A stretch of DNA of 64,000 nucleotides from Myxococcales bacterium (GTDB lineage: Bacteria; Myxococcota_A; UBA9042; JABWCM01; BTVJ01): assembly GCA_045863395.1 (NCBI GenBank), contig BTVJ01000043.1, positions 1-64,000 on the forward strand. The letters run 5' to 3'. The position numbers and the translations under genes were made by a program. Below the pieces are notes generated by a model. The model did no database searches. It was not told where the DNA came from and worked only from the letters and a program-made list of their open reading frames with translations. Numbering within the stretch: position 1 is the stretch's first letter; the number at the start of each line of letters is the position of its first letter. Below are positions 60,345 through 64,000 of the stretch, in pieces.

Positions 60345-63220
60345 GTGCCTCCCTCGCGCACGTAGCGCTTCACGCCTGCCACCACGTCGATGCGCACCCC
60401 GAACGGGGCCCGCCGCCCGTGCTCCTCCAGCCGCACGGCGAAGCGCCGCAGCGCCCGGGGGCCGCCGGCCAGCGCCGCGGCCTCGTCCTCCGTCACCGCG
60501 CCGTGGGCCGCCAGGTGCCCGAAGATCGCCCGCGCCGCGGGGTCGTCGAGGGCAGAGAGCCACCGGTCGCCCTCCGGCTCCCGTCCCCCCGCGCCAGCCC
60601 GCGTCGCCTCCACCGCGAACCGGCCCTCCGGCGCGCACGGCGCGACCTGCACCGCCGCGCTCGGGTGGTGGAGCTCCACCCGCACCCGCCGGTCGCTCCC
60701 CCCCTCGAGGCGGAAGAACAGCTCGAAGGGCTCCCCCACCGTCGCCACCACCAGGCCCCGGGCGAGCCGCGCCCGCCCCCGGGTCTGGCACAGCTCGACC
60801 TGGACGTCCGGCGCGTCGGGCACCCGCAGCGCCAGCTCCACCTCGCGGGCCCCGCCGAAGTCCAGCGACGCCTGGGCCGCCACGTCCACCCGCGCCTCGA
60901 TGCAGTGCATGCCGGCCACGCCCTCGCGCGCCGCGGCCCGCAGCGCATACTCCTGGGCGCTCCCCCCCGCGGCCGCCCGGTGTACGACCGTCAGCACGGG
61001 GATCACGCGCTCCTGCAGGCTGCTGCCCCCGTGCACGAAGGTCGCGGGCCTGTGCCCCGTGTCGAAGACCGCCGTCGTCTCGGGGAACATCAGGTGCCCG
61101 GTCGCCCCCTCGTAGCCCAGGTCCGCGAGCGCCACCCGGACCTCCCCCGGGTGGTCGGCGCCCACCGGCGAGAGGACGTGCCGCCGCTTCGGGTCCACGC
61201 GCCGCCCGTGGGCCTGGGTGCCCCCCGCCGTGTCGTCGAGCAGCAGGAAGCCGTGGTCCGCCGTGAACACGAAGCGCCGCACGCCGGCGTCCCGCAGGAG
61301 CCGCCACGCCGCCCGCAGCTTCTGCATCACCAGGTCGAAGGCCCCGGGCCCGGCGCCGCTCTCGCCCGCCGCGTCGATCTCCAGGCTGTGCACCACCACG
61401 AGGCGCGCCTGGGCCACCGCCTTCCGCAGCGAGGGCACGTCCCGGCCCGTGACCTCGTCCAGCGACAGCCACGGGCAGGTGCCGCCACCCACCCGGTCGT
61501 GCATGGCGCGCCGCCGGCTCTCGGGGTCGCTCACCCGGAACTCCCCCGCCTGGAAGCCGGTGATCCCCCCCGGGCCGATCACCGGCACGAGCCGCCCCTG
61601 GCACACGGGGGCGAGCACGTTCATGCCGACCGCCGTCACCGACGGCAGCTCGCACAGCCGCGCGTCGAGGCGCACCGTCGTCGCGGCGGTCCCGTCGAGC
61701 TGCCGGGCCAGCTCCTCCCCCATCTCGTAGCGCAGGGCGTCCACGACGAACAGCGCGGTGACCCCCGGCTCCCGGGTCAGCGGCCGCACCACGTCGTCGA
61801 AGAGGGTCCGCTGCTGGAGCTCCGCCGGGGGCAGGAAGCCGTCGGCCCGGCACAGGGCGCTGAAGTCCCGCGCCCAGGCATCCGCCCACGCCCGCCACGC
61901 CCGCCGCAACCCGTCGAGGCGGGCGCGCAGGGCGTCGGCCTCCGGGAGCTGGGGCAGGAGCAGCGCGACCCGCCGCTGCTCCAGGTGCCGGTGTGCCTGG
62001 TCCACCGCGGCGCCCCGCTCCACGTAGCGCGCGACGGCCCCGGCGAGGCCCTCGGACCGCCCCGCGCTCGGCCCCCCGACGAGCCGCTCCCCCGCCCGCG
62101 CCAGCGCCTGCCCGAGCCGCGCGCCCGCCCGCACGAGCTCCCACGCCGACCGGCGCGCCGGGTCCTGCCGCAGCCAGAAGGAGCCGGCCCCCGGCCCGTC
62201 GAGCCGGGCGTCCGCCCACCCGGCGCAGAGGGCCCAGTCTCCCCGGCCGAGGGCGTCCAGGGCCGCCGCCAGCACCTTGTCCTCCTCGAAGCGGAAGGTG
62301 TCCACCTTGCCCAGGTCCTCGGCGCGGGCGGCCTCCACCTCGTCGCCGAGCAGGGCCTCCGTCTCGTCGGCGGTGCGCCCGTAGAAGCCGGGGTGGCGCT
62401 CCCGCAGGTGCGCGGCCAGCGCGCGGCAGGCGTCGATGACGGGGCGCGGCAGCGCGCGCGCAGGCCCGAGGTGGCCGCTGACCGGCGGGCGCGCCAGGTC
62501 GTCCACGTACTCCACGCAGAGCGCCCAGCTCGCCGCCACGAAGGCCACGTCCTCGGCGCGCACTCCCCCGGGCGGCAGCGTCGCGTCGCGCCACGCACCG
62601 GGAAGCCCGGTCCACGCGGCGAGGCGCTCCCACAGCGCCGCCGCGTCCGCCCCCCCGCCCGCGATCCGTCCCGCCACGAAGCCGCCGCCGAGCAGGTCGT
62701 CGAGGACCGCCGCCGGCGCCATGGCCCGGAGCTGAGCCCCGAGGCCCCCCGCGTCCTCGGCCAGCAGGCCCGCGAGCCACGCGTCGGCCACCTCCAGCGT
62801 CAGGCCCGGGCCCGCGAGGCGCTCCGCGATGCGCTCGGGCCGCACCCGCCCCGCGGCGGCCTCGGTGACCAGCGTGTCGAGGGCCTTGCGGTAGCGCACC
62901 CCGGCCGCGTAGAGCGCCAGCACCGGCGTCGCCCGCACCGCCTCCTCGTTGAACCCGGGCAGGTGCACGACGAGCGGCGCCCGCTCCACCCCCGCCGCCG
63001 CCCCCTCCAGCGCCAGCATCAGCGCGAGGTGGCTCCCCCGGAACGCCGCCACCTCGTAGGGCAGCTCCCCCGCCGCCCGCCGCTCCCGCAGCCGGTCCAC
63101 GAACCCCGTGTAGTGGCCGTCGAGGTCGAGCCACACCACGACGCCGTGGCGCCGCACCCAGGTGCGCAGGTCGGCCTCCAGGGCGGCGGAGACGGGGCCG
63201 CTCGAAGTCGTGGCGGTCAT
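60332..63220 (-). CDS. pglZ: BREX (type 6-like) PglZ alkaline-phosphatase-fold protein
   Basis: VVWLD N-terminus, LFVVDALRYEMG, LPSVTAVGM, EIDAAGE, FTADHGF, FVHGGSSLQERVIPV. Confidence 0.9.
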
Positions 63221-64000
63221 GCGTCCTCCTCCTCGGGCGACAGCTCGGCCTCGATGGCGTCGATGGTCGGCAGGACCGACGCAAGCTCGCCGGGCAGCGC
63301 CCGCGTCAGCTCGTACTCGGACACGCCGATGGGCTTGTCCAGCCCGCGCAACGCGTACTCCGCCAGGACGCGCTTGTTCTCCTGGCACAGGATGAGCCCG
63401 ATGGAGGGACCATCGGTCGGGTGCCGCAGCGTATCGTCCACGAGGTTCAGGTAGAGGTTCATCTTGCCGGCGTACTCCGCGATGAACGGGCCCACCTTGA
63501 GCTCCACCACCACGAAGCAGCGCAGCTTCAGGTGGTAGAAGAGCAGATCGACGAAGAACTCGTCGTCCTCCAGGGCGAGCCGTACCTGCCTGCCCACGAA
63601 CGCGAAGCCGACACCCAGCTCCAGCAGGAAGCGCTCGAGGTGTGCCAGGAGCCCCGCTTCGAGCTCGCGCTCACGAAAGCCCGCCTCGAGGCTCAGGAAG
63701 TCGAAGACGTACGGGTCCTTCAGCGCCTGCTGAGCGAGGTCCGAGTGCGGCGACGGGAGGCTCCGCGCGAAGTTGGTGACCGCCGCCCCCTGGCGGCGAT
63801 GCGCCCCGGTCTCCAGCATCGAGGCGAGGACGTGGCGGCTCCAGCCCTCGACGGCGCAGCGCTGCATGTACCAGAGGCGCACCGCGGCGTCAGAGGCCCG
63901 TTGAAGGAGCAGGATGTTGTGACCCCAGGGCAGGTCGAGGGCGAGCCGAGCACAGGCGGCGCGTGGGTCGGCTTCCGGTTGGGCCACGGTCTGTGGCCCG
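63217..64000 (-). CDS. DUF1016/YhcG-family PD-(D/E)XK nuclease-like protein, 5' truncated by the window
   Basis: LPWGHN, LKDPYVFDFL, ERFLLELGVGFAFVGRQ, FVDLLFYH, VVELK, GKMNLY, IGLILC, PIGVSEY; ATGA overlap with pglZ. Confidence 0.92.
   Translation of the reverse strand, partial: GPQTVAQPEADPRAACARLALDLPWGHNILLLQRASDAAVRLWYMQRCAVEGWSRHVLASMLETGAHRRQGAAVTNFARSLPSPHSDLAQQALKDPYVFDFLSLEAGFRERELEAGLLAHLERFLLELGVGFAFVGRQVRLALEDDEFFVDLLFYHLKLRCFVVVELKVGPFIAEYAGKMNLYLNLVDDTLRHPTDGPSIGLILCQENKRVLAEYALRGLDKPIGVSEYELTRALPGELASVLPTIDAIEAELSPEEEDA

Noticed and set aside
60419..63454. 1011-aa plus-strand ORF
   Set aside because: Antisense shadow of pglZ.

Overview
Very GC-rich bacterial DNA whose gene content points to Myxococcota (inference): Cys-rich repeat lipoproteins, a DUF1552/DUF1592 pair, sigma54 promoters and BREX type 6. 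Left to right: (1) a minus-strand surface cluster with a truncated multi-TM protein, a CutA fusion, a Cys-repeat lipoprotein, an unannotated sigma54-driven 33-aa membrane peptide and a DUF1592/DUF1552/lipoprotein trio; (2) a plus-strand unit of sensor-less histidine kinase, ECF sigma factor, anti-sigma-like membrane protein, exported TPR-CHAT protease and exported S8 protease; (3) SRAP, a THUMP RNA methyltransferase and hrpB; (4) a Prx5-Grx hybrid and flavoprotein disulfide reductase behind an OxyR-like box, plus an Ntn-hydrolase acylase; (5) a 13-repeat fibre-like adhesin next to a ~2960-aa hierarchical Cys-repeat lipoprotein; (6) a menaquinone operon (menF-D-B-A-C-E, polyprenyl synthase, DAHP synthase, menG) with a thioesterase nested antisense in the MenE reading frame and a divergent GbsR/MarR regulator; (7) the 3' half of a BREX type 6-like defence operon (DUF1016 nuclease, pglZ, brxD, brxHI). 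Best candidates for new biology are the sigma/anti-sigma/CHAT/S8 proteolytic signalling unit and the nested antisense men-operon architecture. No rRNA, tRNA or CRISPR array was seen. All family calls come from motif recognition by eye; no database searches were run.
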